A stretch of 63,641 nucleotides of DNA from an uncultured Bacteroides sp. (lineage in GTDB: Bacteria > Bacteroidota > Bacteroidia > Bacteroidales > JACABE01), in NCBI GenBank assembly GCA_964646395.1, contig CAZYEM010000001.1, positions 1 to 63,641 of the forward strand. Reading direction: 5' to 3'. Position 1 is the stretch's first letter. Each line of letters starts with the position of its first letter. Both the position numbers and the translations under genes were made by a program. Below the pieces are notes generated by a model that was not told the origin of the DNA, made no database searches, and was given only the letters and a program-made list of their open reading frames with translations. Below are positions 6,920-14,965 of the stretch, piece by piece.

Positions 6920-6940
6920 GGAGGACGTTTTAAGTCCTCC
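6920..6940. terminator. bidirectional terminator hairpin between convergent blocks
   Basis: GGAGGAC (6920-6926), a 7-nt loop, GTCCTCC (6934-6940). It is flanked by an A-run upstream. It sits between the end of the rightward early block (6855) and the end of the leftward block (6968). Confidence 0.55.
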
Positions 6941-6967
6941 AATTATCGCTTATAAACCAAAAAAAAA

Positions 6968-7270
6968 TTAACCAAAAACTTTTAAAACAAATTGTATTAA
7001 TATAGCTAATGCAGTACCTACTGAAATAACACCTAACCAAAACCATTTTACTTTTTTTAAGGATTGGTCGTGGTCGTCAACCTTTTCTTTCATTGACTTA
7101 ACATCCTCTACAAGACCATTACTTTTGGTCAAAGGATTGCCTATTAATGCTTCTATTACTTGATTCAATTTTTTATCCATTGAGTCTAATTTTGACTCAA
7201 CATCATCAAGTTTATTTTCCATAATTGATAGTCTTTGATCCATCAGGCTTATTTCGGTTTGTATATCCAT
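6968..7270 (-). CDS. tail-anchored coiled-coil membrane protein (100 aa)
   Basis: The N-terminal heptad-like region is LSIMENKLDDVESKLDSMDKKLNQV. The C-terminal TM segment is WFWLGVISVGTALAILIQFVLKVFG. It lies adjacent to the endolysin. Confidence 0.5.
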   Translation of the reverse strand: MDIQTEISLMDQRLSIMENKLDDVESKLDSMDKKLNQVIEALIGNPLTKSNGLVEDVKSMKEKVDDHDQSLKKVKWFWLGVISVGTALAILIQFVLKVFG

Positions 7271-7346
7271 TTTAGAACCATTAATATTTAGATAAAATTA
7301 ACTAACTATTTCAATTAATTAATTATTTTTTTTTACACATATATAA

Positions 7347-7853
7347 TTAGATTAATACAAAACCATTCTTGTCAACTTTACCTGCTTTATGTAATGCTTG
7401 TAATTCTGCAATAGATTTACCAAGTGTTTTTTGGAAATGAGGTGCATCATTAAACTTCCAGTCGCCACCCCACTCGTAGCCATATCTTTTAAAAATAGCT
7501 ACAATCTCTTGCCAATCACTCTTGCCATCGCCATCAAAGTCAGTCTTTAAGTCCCAACTTGCAGTTTCAAAAGTGCCATTCTTATCCTTATCAACTAACA
7601 AAACAATATCAATAGCTAACCCGTAATTATGATATGACTGACCGCCTTTAGCCTTAGTAACAATAGCACCCGGCTTCGTTCTGCCTTGTGCAAACAATCC
7701 GTCTTGTTCTGCAAATGTTCTTAGGGTGTAAGCAAAACGACAAGCTGCTGTGCCTGTTAAAGCTGCAACAATCTCATCATACATAGTTAACGCTTCTTCT
7801 CTTAATTTAGGGTGGAGCAATTGTATTCTCTCCAACGTTTTTTGGTCTTTCAT
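7347..7853 (-). CDS. endolysin, peptidase M15 (VanY / L-alanyl-D-glutamate peptidase-like)
   Basis: SYHNYGLAIDIV matches the SxHxxGxAxD zinc motif. YEWGGDWKFNDAPHF matches the WGGxW...D.PHF motif. Confidence 0.85.
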   Translation of the reverse strand: MKDQKTLERIQLLHPKLREEALTMYDEIVAALTGTAACRFAYTLRTFAEQDGLFAQGRTKPGAIVTKAKGGQSYHNYGLAIDIVLLVDKDKNGTFETASWDLKTDFDGDGKSDWQEIVAIFKRYGYEWGGDWKFNDAPHFQKTLGKSIAELQALHKAGKVDKNGFVLI

Positions 7854-7931
7854 TTTTATAACATTTTAATTGTAAAATATGTCAATAATATTACCCAGAG
7901 GGTTGCCCCTATAAGTAATGCTCTTTTTTCA

Positions 7932-8156
7932 TTATTCGGCATTTTCTTTCTTTTTAAATATCTTTTCAACTGATGTTAAGCCTAAAGTGCCAAAGGCTAA
8001 CAAAGATACCGCTTCTACAAGTACTGTACTTGGAGCTATGTGTTCTTCACTAAAGCTATTGTGGTACATGGTAGCACATAAAGTTACTACACATAATAAA
8101 CCACATAAACGCTTCATACTAAATCTGCCATTGTCTTCTTGAAAAAATTGTTTCAT
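7932..8156 (-). CDS. holin-like protein (74 aa, two TM segments, charged C-terminus)
   Basis: Two TM-like segments (LCGLLCVVTLCATMY and VLVEAVSLLAFGTLGLT) and a KKKENAE tail. It sits immediately upstream of the endolysin. Confidence 0.5.
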   Translation of the reverse strand: MKQFFQEDNGRFSMKRLCGLLCVVTLCATMYHNSFSEEHIAPSTVLVEAVSLLAFGTLGLTSVEKIFKKKENAE

Positions 8157-8157
8157 A

Positions 8158-8559
8158 TTATTTTGCTATTTGTGTGAATTGTAAAATTATAACTCCGATG
8201 AGGATGATTTTTTGGAGGAGGTGGAACGCTTCTTCTTTTTCGTAGTTGATATTTCTGTATCCGGTATAAAGCTCTCTACTTGCTTCGTATTTACCTTTCC
8301 AATAAAAGATTGTATCATTTTTAACAAGTAATTTTTTATAAAGTTCTTCATTTGTTTTGTTTTTAATTGCTACTGAATCGGTTAGTGAATCTATTTTTTG
8401 AGAATAAAACTTGTAAAGCATATTGATTGTATCTGCTTGTGATACTTTCATTATAACCACCGAATCACCTCTAAATATCCTTTTTACGGGGTACTGGCAA
8501 TAAGACGTATGGCACAAGAGTATCAAGACTGATGCTATCAAACTTTGCTTTAGTTTCAT
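8158..8559 (-). CDS. secreted/membrane protein (133 aa), N-terminal signal peptide and C-terminal TM
   Basis: The signal-like N-terminus is MKLKQSLIASVLILLCHTSYCQ. The C-terminal TM is LLQKIILIGVIILQF. The 5-prime 89 nt overlap the upstream lipoprotein gene in another frame. Confidence 0.45.
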   Translation of the reverse strand: MKLKQSLIASVLILLCHTSYCQYPVKRIFRGDSVVIMKVSQADTINMLYKFYSQKIDSLTDSVAIKNKTNEELYKKLLVKNDTIFYWKGKYEASRELYTGYRNINYEKEEAFHLLQKIILIGVIILQFTQIAK

Positions 8560-8797
8560 TTAATTCTATTTTTAATTCTTTGTTTTCTTCTTTTAATCCT
8601 ACTATTTGGCTTATAGTTTGCGTTACTATCTTCTTTTGTTCTTTTGTAGCGGCATCTTGCAATGTGGCTTGGACTTGGATATTGGACTGCGCCTTTTTTA
8701 AAAGCATATCCAATTCTTGATCTTCTTTAGACTCCTCACTTACACCTTGAGCCGTAACACCACAACCAAATAAAAATATGAATACTAAGTATTTCAT
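8471..8797 (-). CDS. lipoprotein, o-spanin-like (108 aa)
   Basis: MKYLVFIFLFGCGVTAQ carries a lipobox (LFGC). The rest is helical and charged. The start codon overlaps the upstream stop (TAATG). Confidence 0.5.
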   Translation of the reverse strand: MKYLVFIFLFGCGVTAQGVSEESKEDQELDMLLKKAQSNIQVQATLQDAATKEQKKIVTQTISQIVGLKEENKELKIELNETKAKFDSISLDTLVPYVLLPVPRKKDI

Positions 8798-9117
8798 TAT
8801 TTAAGGGATTTTATAGCTCCTAAATCATTTAACATTTTTAATTGAGATGCCGTTACTGCGCCTGATGAATCGCTTCTTCTCAATGCATCTTGCACTGCGT
8901 CTAATCTTGTTTCCACTTTATCAACCCTTCTGTCTTGCTTATCTGCATTTGTCTGGAATGTGCTTCTTATATCTACATACAAATATCCCATAGCTATAAT
9001 AGCTAAAAATGCAATTGCTTCTTTTGGATGCTTGACAAAATCTTTAAAGCTGACCGGCAATGGATTTGCAGATACATTTACATCTTTTTTTTCATCTGTC
9101 TTTTTTGTTGTTGCCAT
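8797..9117 (-). CDS. type II membrane coiled-coil protein, i-spanin-like (106 aa)
   Basis: One TM segment (AIAFLAIIAMGYLYV) is followed by a helical region (DKQDRRVDKVETRLDAVQDALRR). It sits directly upstream of the lipoprotein gene. Confidence 0.45.
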   Translation of the reverse strand: MATTKKTDEKKDVNVSANPLPVSFKDFVKHPKEAIAFLAIIAMGYLYVDIRSTFQTNADKQDRRVDKVETRLDAVQDALRRSDSSGAVTASQLKMLNDLGAIKSLK

Positions 9118-9119
9118 TG

Positions 9120-9677
9120 TTAAAATATTTTAGAGTAGTATCCTAATTGGAACTGTTTGTTGTTAGTAATATTTAATTGGATAATTCCTTTGTTAGCTGA
9201 TTTGTAAATCAAGCCTCCTCCGTATCCAAAATTGTTTTCTTGCTTTGTTGCCATTACTCCCCAATACAATGATGCTTTTGGTGGTGGCGGTGGCGTGCGT
9301 ATCTCTCTTACCTTCACAATAGTTTTTTGTGTTAAGCTAGCGTTAAAACTTCTGCCATATATCTTGTTTTGTGATATAGTGTCATTTATAGCTACTATTC
9401 CCTCTGGTAATGATAAAGTATCTTTGAATACATTCTTGGCAAAGAAATCTTTTAAAATAGCGCTGGTATCTACATTTAGAAAACTGATTGTTGTATCGTA
9501 TATTGTAGTATCATGCACTATGTCTTTTCCTTTCTTCCATTTATATATGGTGGTATCTTGTCTTAAAGTATCTACCTTTTCTATTACGACAGGCTGTATG
9601 TCTTTTAAAGAAATAGCAGATTTTGTCATTAAAAAAATGATAAACAATAATACGACTATAAATATGTTCTTATACAT
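9120..9677 (-). CDS. exported protein with beta-barrel-like C-terminus ending in Phe (185 aa)
   Basis: The signal/TM N-terminus is MYKNIFIVVLLFIIFLMTKSA. A PPPPP linker is present. The C-terminal alternating-hydrophobic strands GIIQLNITNNKQFQLGYYSKIF end in F, as in OMP barrels. Confidence 0.45.
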   Translation of the reverse strand: MYKNIFIVVLLFIIFLMTKSAISLKDIQPVVIEKVDTLRQDTTIYKWKKGKDIVHDTTIYDTTISFLNVDTSAILKDFFAKNVFKDTLSLPEGIVAINDTISQNKIYGRSFNASLTQKTIVKVREIRTPPPPPKASLYWGVMATKQENNFGYGGGLIYKSANKGIIQLNITNNKQFQLGYYSKIF

Positions 9678-9765
9678 ATGTCAAATATACTGATGTTTGA
9701 TATTTTTTATGCGATTTTTTACGTTAACTTTTTTATATTAATTTTTTAAATTAAATTTATTAATA

Positions 9766-9773
9766 TAAATTTG
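9766..9773 (+). promoter_or_regulatory. candidate -7 promoter element (TAAATTTG) for the glycosyltransferase gene
   Basis: It matches TAnnTTTG and lies 20 nt upstream of the ATG at 9794. It sits in the 116-bp divergent intergenic region. No clear -33 TTTG was found. Confidence 0.3.
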
Positions 9774-9793
9774 CTGAATACTAAAATCGGATT

Positions 9794-12667
9794 ATGAAAA
9801 TATTATATCTAATGTCGCATATCTCAACGGGCGGTATGCCTCAATTTGTACTTAAACGTATTCAAACTTTACTTGACTATGCTGAATCGTTTGAAATTTT
9901 TGTTGTGGAATACGAGGATTATGGAAAGTTATTCCCGGTACAAAGGGATCAAATAATCTCTTTATTGGGTAATAACTTTTATAGTCTTGATAGCGACAAA
10001 ATGCGAGCTATGGATATAATTAGGGATAACGGAATAGATATTGTTCATTTGGATGAAATGCCAGAATCAATGGGCAATGACACACTTTTTAATGAATTGT
10101 ATTGCAATGATAGGACTTGGCGCATAGTAGAAACTTGTCATAACTCTAATTTTAGACCTCTTGATAGTAAACGATACCATCCTGATATGTATGCTTTTTG
10201 CACCTCTTGGCACGAAGATATATTTGCAGGGATGGATAGTAAGTTTGTAACCATACCTTACCCAATAGATTTAAAGCTTAATTTATGGATAGAAAAAATA
10301 CACGCTAAGAAGGATTTAGGCATGGATTTAAAGAAGAAGCATGTTATAAATGTAGGGCTTTGGACTTCGGGCAAGAATCAAGCTGAAGGGTTAGAAATTG
10401 CTCGTAAGTACCCTGATATGATGTTTCATTTTATCGGCAATCAAGCGGGGAACTTTATGGACTATTGGGAGCCACTAATGAAGGATTTACCTAGCAATGT
10501 GAAAGTGTGGGGGGAAAGGACTGATATATCTACCTTTATGTCTGCGGCTGATATTTTTATGTTTAATTCTACTTGGGAGCTAAATCCATTGGTACTTCGT
10601 GAAGCTATTGGTTACAAACTGCCCATTATTGCCCGTAATTTGCCTCAATATGATGGTATGTATGATAAGTATATTAATCCAATAGATACTGATTTAAGTA
10701 CCTTAGAATGTAATTACAACGTACCTACCGATAACAATTCATTGATTTTTGGATTAAGGCATGAAGAAGCCTATTTAAAGTTACTTGAACTACCAATTAA
10801 GGAGCAAAAGCCTATTATAATACAACATTTTGTAGATAATCCATACTTGGAGATTAAAGGAATTAATGTTAGTGCTAAAAAAGATAAGGATTCTGTATCA
10901 ATTGTTTTAGCCCACCCTAATAACGATTTCAGGAAACAACTGCTTAAAAATTGCTTATCTAGTTTAAACACGAATATCATTTTGTCTGCGAATTTTCCAA
11001 TAGAGGAAGATGCACAAGAGCTTTGTGATTATGTTATTTATACAAAAGAGAATCCTTTGTTGTTTAAGAGTGAATTTGCTAAATACAATGTGGCATATTA
11101 TCATTGGTTTACAAATAAAAAAGGAGAAAAAGAGTACCAATTATTTGAAAAAGAACATGGGTATTGCGTGTATACCTTAATGCGTAATGGAATAGAATTG
11201 GCTAAAAAACTAGGCTATAAGAAGGTAAACATAATCAATTACGACTACCAGCTTACTAAAGCAACAATAAACAACAATTTAAAGGAATTAGATACAAATG
11301 ATTTTGTAGTCTATAAATACACTAACCTGTCTTATGAAGAAGATTCATATTGCTCTGCTTTTTTATCAGCCAAAACAGATGCTATCTTATCATTTGTAAC
11401 CAAATTTAAAGACAAAAAAGATTACTACACAAATGGCACATCTTTCAATATACTTGAAGTTAAGTTCTATAACTTTTTAAAAGAAAACAACTACAAGGTT
11501 AAAGAGTTGTTAATGGCTGACTTGAAAAAGGATAACAAAGTTGACATTGAAGGAATAGACTATACAAATGATGTCCAACGAGATAAGGTTCTTTTAGACA
11601 AAAGATTTTATGTTGAATTTTACGAAAATGGTAATTGTGTCTATAATAATCATTTAGATGTTAATAATTGGGTAAAACTAAATAGACAATGGTTTACTGA
11701 ATGGGAGGTTAAAATATGGGATCAAGGTAATTTGATATTTGAAAACAAGCTAAACCTTGAAAGCAAGAGAGTCTTTATAACGCTTGAAAGTAAATCACTA
11801 GGGGACACTTTAGCTTGGATGCCATATGCTTTGGAGTTTAAAAAGAAACATAATTGCCATGTCATTGTATCTACTTTCTGGAATCATATGTTTGATTACC
11901 CTGAATTAGAATTTGTAAGTCCGGGTGATGTGGTTCAAAACGTATATGCTTTATACAGAGTCGGGTGGTTTTATGATGAAAATAAAGAACCTGAAGTGCC
12001 TCATACAATTTCAATGCAAAAGGCTGCTACTAACATACTAGGGTTAGAGTACAAGGAGGTAAGACCTAGATTAAAGATAAAACCTGTTGAAAAAATTAAG
12101 CAAGTAGTCATTGCTATACATTCTACCGCACAAGCTAAATATTGGAATAATCCAAAAGGATGGCAAGAAGTGGTAGACTATTTGATTAGCAAAGGATATG
12201 TGGTTAAACTTATATCCAAAGAAGGCGTTGACTATATGGGCAATATAGCCCCAAATGGCGTAGTTGTCCACCCGAATGGTAGTATTGAGTCAGTTATGGA
12301 AGAAATGCTTAAATCGGAGTTCTTTATAGGTATAGGGAGCGGTTTAAGTTGGCTATCTTGGTCTTTAAATATCCCAACCGTTATTATTAGTGGTTTTTCT
12401 GAACCTTTTGCTGAGATGGAAGATTGTATAAGAGTATCTGCACCTCAAGGAAAGTGTAGTGGTTGCTTTAATAGGCATAGATTAAACGCAGGAGATTGGA
12501 ATTGGTGTCCTGATCATAAAGGGACTGAAAGACAATTTGAATGCACTAAATCAATTACTGCACAAATGGTTATAGATAAAATAAAAGATTTTATGGGCAA
12601 GATCCATCAATGGCAACTATTGGGGAAAACTGCGCCATCTAACAATTTCCATCACCAGATTCAATAA
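9794..12667 (+). CDS. three-domain glycosyltransferase: N-terminal GT-B (GT4-like, EX7E), central unknown domain, C-terminal TibC/Aah-like (BAHT family) protein O-glycosyltransferase domain
   Basis: The N-terminal domain has KKHVINVGLWTSGKN and STWELNPLVLREAIGYKLPIIA, which carries the EX7E motif. In the C-terminal domain, EWEVKIWDQGNLIF and VFITLESKSLGDTLAWMPYALEFKKKHNCHV resemble the TibC/Aah N-terminal beta-domain and the TLGDxxAWxxYAExF segment. A CX2CX13CX11C cluster (C888, C891, C905, C917; nt 12455-12544) resembles the BAHT iron-finger. Confidence 0.7.
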   Translation: MKILYLMSHISTGGMPQFVLKRIQTLLDYAESFEIFVVEYEDYGKLFPVQRDQIISLLGNNFYSLDSDKMRAMDIIRDNGIDIVHLDEMPESMGNDTLFNELYCNDRTWRIVETCHNSNFRPLDSKRYHPDMYAFCTSWHEDIFAGMDSKFVTIPYPIDLKLNLWIEKIHAKKDLGMDLKKKHVINVGLWTSGKNQAEGLEIARKYPDMMFHFIGNQAGNFMDYWEPLMKDLPSNVKVWGERTDISTFMSAADIFMFNSTWELNPLVLREAIGYKLPIIARNLPQYDGMYDKYINPIDTDLSTLECNYNVPTDNNSLIFGLRHEEAYLKLLELPIKEQKPIIIQHFVDNPYLEIKGINVSAKKDKDSVSIVLAHPNNDFRKQLLKNCLSSLNTNIILSANFPIEEDAQELCDYVIYTKENPLLFKSEFAKYNVAYYHWFTNKKGEKEYQLFEKEHGYCVYTLMRNGIELAKKLGYKKVNIINYDYQLTKATINNNLKELDTNDFVVYKYTNLSYEEDSYCSAFLSAKTDAILSFVTKFKDKKDYYTNGTSFNILEVKFYNFLKENNYKVKELLMADLKKDNKVDIEGIDYTNDVQRDKVLLDKRFYVEFYENGNCVYNNHLDVNNWVKLNRQWFTEWEVKIWDQGNLIFENKLNLESKRVFITLESKSLGDTLAWMPYALEFKKKHNCHVIVSTFWNHMFDYPELEFVSPGDVVQNVYALYRVGWFYDENKEPEVPHTISMQKAATNILGLEYKEVRPRLKIKPVEKIKQVVIAIHSTAQAKYWNNPKGWQEVVDYLISKGYVVKLISKEGVDYMGNIAPNGVVVHPNGSIESVMEEMLKSEFFIGIGSGLSWLSWSLNIPTVIISGFSEPFAEMEDCIRVSAPQGKCSGCFNRHRLNAGDWNWCPDHKGTERQFECTKSITAQMVIDKIKDFMGKIHQWQLLGKTAPSNNFHHQIQ

Positions 12668-13196
12668 CAACACCAACACTTGTATTGATTACTTGACTTG
12701 AGAATGTTACATAATAAGGTCCTGGACCTAATGAAGAAAATCCATCTATACAGGCAGTATTATATTCAGAATCTTCTATACGCATATAATTGTCAAGGTT
12801 AGTAGCATCTGCATAATAAACCAATATATCGTATGTACCTATTTGTGTAGTGTAACCTGTTGTGCCATTACCTATATCTAATGGGAATGAAGCACCTGTA
12901 ATACTAACTCCATTAACTGTAACGTTTGTTATAGTTCCTGTAAAGAAATTATTTGTAATGTATAAAGTGGCTTCATTATTTTGTAAATCTTGTTTTACAA
13001 CTAATTGATTATCTGCTTTTGCTGCAAAAGAAGGATATGAGGGGTTTACAGTTACATACGTATTACAAGCAGACTTTGTAGCCATTTTGTTGGTAGAGGG
13101 TATAGTAGTTTTTGCACTAAAGTATCCTTGAGACACTCCACTGATTAAGCTATTAAAAGATACACCTTGATTATTTGCTAAGTCACTATATGCCAT
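12639..13196 (-). CDS. hypothetical virion/fibre-associated protein (185 aa)
   Basis: It is the last gene of the leftward late block, directly after a fibre gene. It is Ser/Thr/Asn-rich and beta-type in composition. The 3-prime 29 nt overlap the convergent GT gene. Confidence 0.5.
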   Translation of the reverse strand: MAYSDLANNQGVSFNSLISGVSQGYFSAKTTIPSTNKMATKSACNTYVTVNPSYPSFAAKADNQLVVKQDLQNNEATLYITNNFFTGTITNVTVNGVSITGASFPLDIGNGTTGYTTQIGTYDILVYYADATNLDNYMRIEDSEYNTACIDGFSSLGPGPYYVTFSSQVINTSVGVVIESGDGNC

Positions 13197-13198
13197 GT

Positions 13199-14725
13199 TT
13201 ATTTTAATTTAGCTTCTAATTCTGCAATACGTTTTTCTAATGCTGCTATTTTTAATGTATGAACATCCATGTAATTTACGGATAACTTTTCACCACCTGA
13301 AACTGCCTCTGGAAGATATGATTGCACTTGTTGAGCCGAATAACCATATCTTACTGCATTGTTATCATCATCTGTTCTAGTAAATTTAATTACATCTATT
13401 GGTAAGTCTATTGATGGATTTGTTTCTAATACATTCTTAAATCTTATATCTGAACTTTCAAAAAATGCAGCAGCAGTTAGATTAGAACCGCTAATTGTTA
13501 CTCCTGTATTTGCTGTTGCACTATTAGATGTACCATTGGCTGTAAGCACAGCTCCTGCAGTTGTTGGAGAAATAGAATTAAATCCAGTTCCATTTACCCC
13601 ACTTGTGCCTGAAGAACCATTGCCTCCGTTTGCACCTGAAGTACCTGACGAACCCGAAACACCACTTGTACCATTACCACCTTGCGCGCCACTTGTACCT
13701 GACGAACCGGCACCTCCGTTTACTCCTGAAGAACCTGATGAGCCAGAAACGCCGCTTGTACCTGACGAGCCATTTGCGCCAGATGTGCCACTAATACCAG
13801 CCGTTCCGTTTACTCCACTTGTTCCAGAAGATCCGTTATTCCCATTTACACCGCTTGTGCCTGAAGATCCGTTATTCCCATTTACACCGCTTGAACCGCT
13901 TGAGCCACTTGTTCCGTTCACTCCGCTTGAGCCGCTTGAGCCGCTTGAACCGCTTGAACCGCTTGAGCCACTTGTACCATTTGCGCCAGATGTGCCATTT
14001 ATTCCCGATGTGCCATTTGCCCCCGAAGTCCCTGAACTACCATCGCCACCACTAGCACCGGCTAGGTTTACTAACCATGCATTGTATGTGCCTGAACCAA
14101 CTGTTGTGATTGGCGCACCAAATACTAAACTGCCTGTGCCGTTGTTATAAGATGTTACAACTGATTCTTGATAGTTGCTAGGATTAAAAGATATGATAAC
14201 TGTTTGACTAGGACTATAAGCTAATCCAACGCCGACAGTAATAGTTCCAGCATTGCCTAATGTGAATGAAGTAGCTGATGATGTTAAATATCTGTCCCCG
14301 CTAATGCCGCTTGTACCTGAAGTACCAGTAGTTCCTGAAGTTCCAGTAGTACCGCTTGTACCGGTAGTTCCTGAAGATCCTGATGAACCTGAAGATCCTG
14401 AAGATCCTGACGAGCCAGAAGATCCTGATGTTCCCGTAGTACCACTTGAGCCTGACGAGCCAGAAGATCCACTACTACCACTTGATCCAGAAGATCCACT
14501 ATTACCACTAGTACCTGAAGTACCCGTAGTACCACTTGATCCATAAATAGGTATATTTAATACATTGCTACTAAAAGTAGCCGGTCCAGTTGTGCCAAAT
14601 GTGGTTAAGCTAATTGGTAGTTGATAATCCACATTAGGGGTTGCAGTTGCAAAACCACTTGTACCAACTTGCTTTATTATGCCTGATACATTAGGTATTT
14701 CACTAAGGACTGTATTTTTGCTCAT
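13199..14725 (-). CDS. collagen-like tail fibre with C-terminal intramolecular-chaperone (peptidase S74-like) domain
   Basis: Two uninterrupted Gly-X-Y tracts of 28 and 53 triplets. The C-terminus is SDIRFKNV...YGYSAQQVQSYLPEAV...LKIAALEKRIAELEAKLK, typical of endosialidase-chaperone domains. Confidence 0.8.
   Translation of the reverse strand: MSKNTVLSEIPNVSGIIKQVGTSGFATATPNVDYQLPISLTTFGTTGPATFSSNVLNIPIYGSSGTTGTSGTSGNSGSSGSSGSSGSSGSSGSSGTTGTSGSSGSSGSSGSSGSSGSSGTTGTSGTTGTSGTTGTSGTSGISGDRYLTSSATSFTLGNAGTITVGVGLAYSPSQTVIISFNPSNYQESVVTSYNNGTGSLVFGAPITTVGSGTYNAWLVNLAGASGGDGSSGTSGANGTSGINGTSGANGTSGSSGSSGSSGSSGSSGVNGTSGSSGSSGVNGNNGSSGTSGVNGNNGSSGTSGVNGTAGISGTSGANGSSGTSGVSGSSGSSGVNGGAGSSGTSGAQGGNGTSGVSGSSGTSGANGGNGSSGTSGVNGTGFNSISPTTAGAVLTANGTSNSATANTGVTISGSNLTAAAFFESSDIRFKNVLETNPSIDLPIDVIKFTRTDDDNNAVRYGYSAQQVQSYLPEAVSGGEKLSVNYMDVHTLKIAALEKRIAELEAKLK
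13583..14059 (-). repeat. collagen-like tract (53 Gly-X-Y triplets, proline-free)
   Basis: I counted the triplets GAS GGD GSS GTS GAN ... GVN GTG (aa 223-381 of the 508-aa fibre). The degenerate 9-nt DNA periodicity creates long shadow ORFs on the opposite strand. Confidence 0.85.
14291..14542 (-). repeat. collagen-like tract (28 Gly-X-Y triplets, proline-free)
   Basis: The triplets GSS GTT GTS ... GIS GDR cover aa 62-145 of the 508-aa fibre. Confidence 0.85.
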
Positions 14726-14735
14726 TTTCTATTTT

Positions 14736-14915
14736 TTATTCTGTTTCAACAGGAACTTCTTTTGCTTTTTCTAATTCAATAGCTATTTTTTCAATAAATC
14801 CTAGTATCTCTTTGCCATATTTTGTTGGCAATTGCTCATTAGCATAATTCATTAATACTTGAACTTGTTCAGCGTTCAATGATGGTACCGGTAGTTGTTT
14901 TGTTTCTTGGTTCAT
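14736..14915 (-). CDS. hypothetical small protein (59 aa)
   Basis: Hand-translated as MNQETKQLPVPSLNAEQVQVLMNYANEQLPTKYGKEILGFIEKIAIELEKAKEVPVETE. It fills the gap upstream of the fibre gene. Confidence 0.35.
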   Translation of the reverse strand: MNQETKQLPVPSLNAEQVQVLMNYANEQLPTKYGKEILGFIEKIAIELEKAKEVPVETE

Positions 14916-14938
14916 TTTTTTAGTTTTTATTTTATATA

Positions 14939-14946
14939 CAAATATA
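14939..14946 (-). promoter_or_regulatory. candidate internal -7 promoter element (TATATTTG on the minus strand)
   Basis: The reverse complement of CAAATATA is TATATTTG, which matches TAnnTTTG. It lies about 24 nt upstream of the ATG at 14915. Confidence 0.25.
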
Positions 14947-14965
14947 GTTAAATACTTGAAATTTC

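Noticed and set aside
9232-9693. A 153-aa plus-strand ORF antisense to 9120..9677, and the similar 7918..8142 ORF antisense to the holin-like gene.
   Set aside because: The minus-strand partners have signal and TM features. They are co-oriented and tightly packed with the lysis cassette. The plus-strand ORFs have low-complexity hydrophobic composition typical of antisense AT-rich sequence.
13583-14059. The regular short DNA periodicity looked at first like a tandem-repeat or CRISPR-like array.
   Set aside because: The period is 9 nt and degenerate. There is no repeat/spacer alternation, and it translates cleanly as Gly-X-Y within one long ORF.
13359-14546. Long plus-strand ORFs (13359..14150, 13603..13794, 13819..14055, 14253..14546) and an alternative minus-frame ORF (14284..14544), encoding Pro/Leu/Glu-rich repeats such as PLEPLEP.
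   Set aside because: They are frame and strand shadows of the Gly-Ser-Ser coding repeats. They lack independent starts in a sensible context. They lie wholly inside a fibre gene that has recognisable N- and C-terminal domains.
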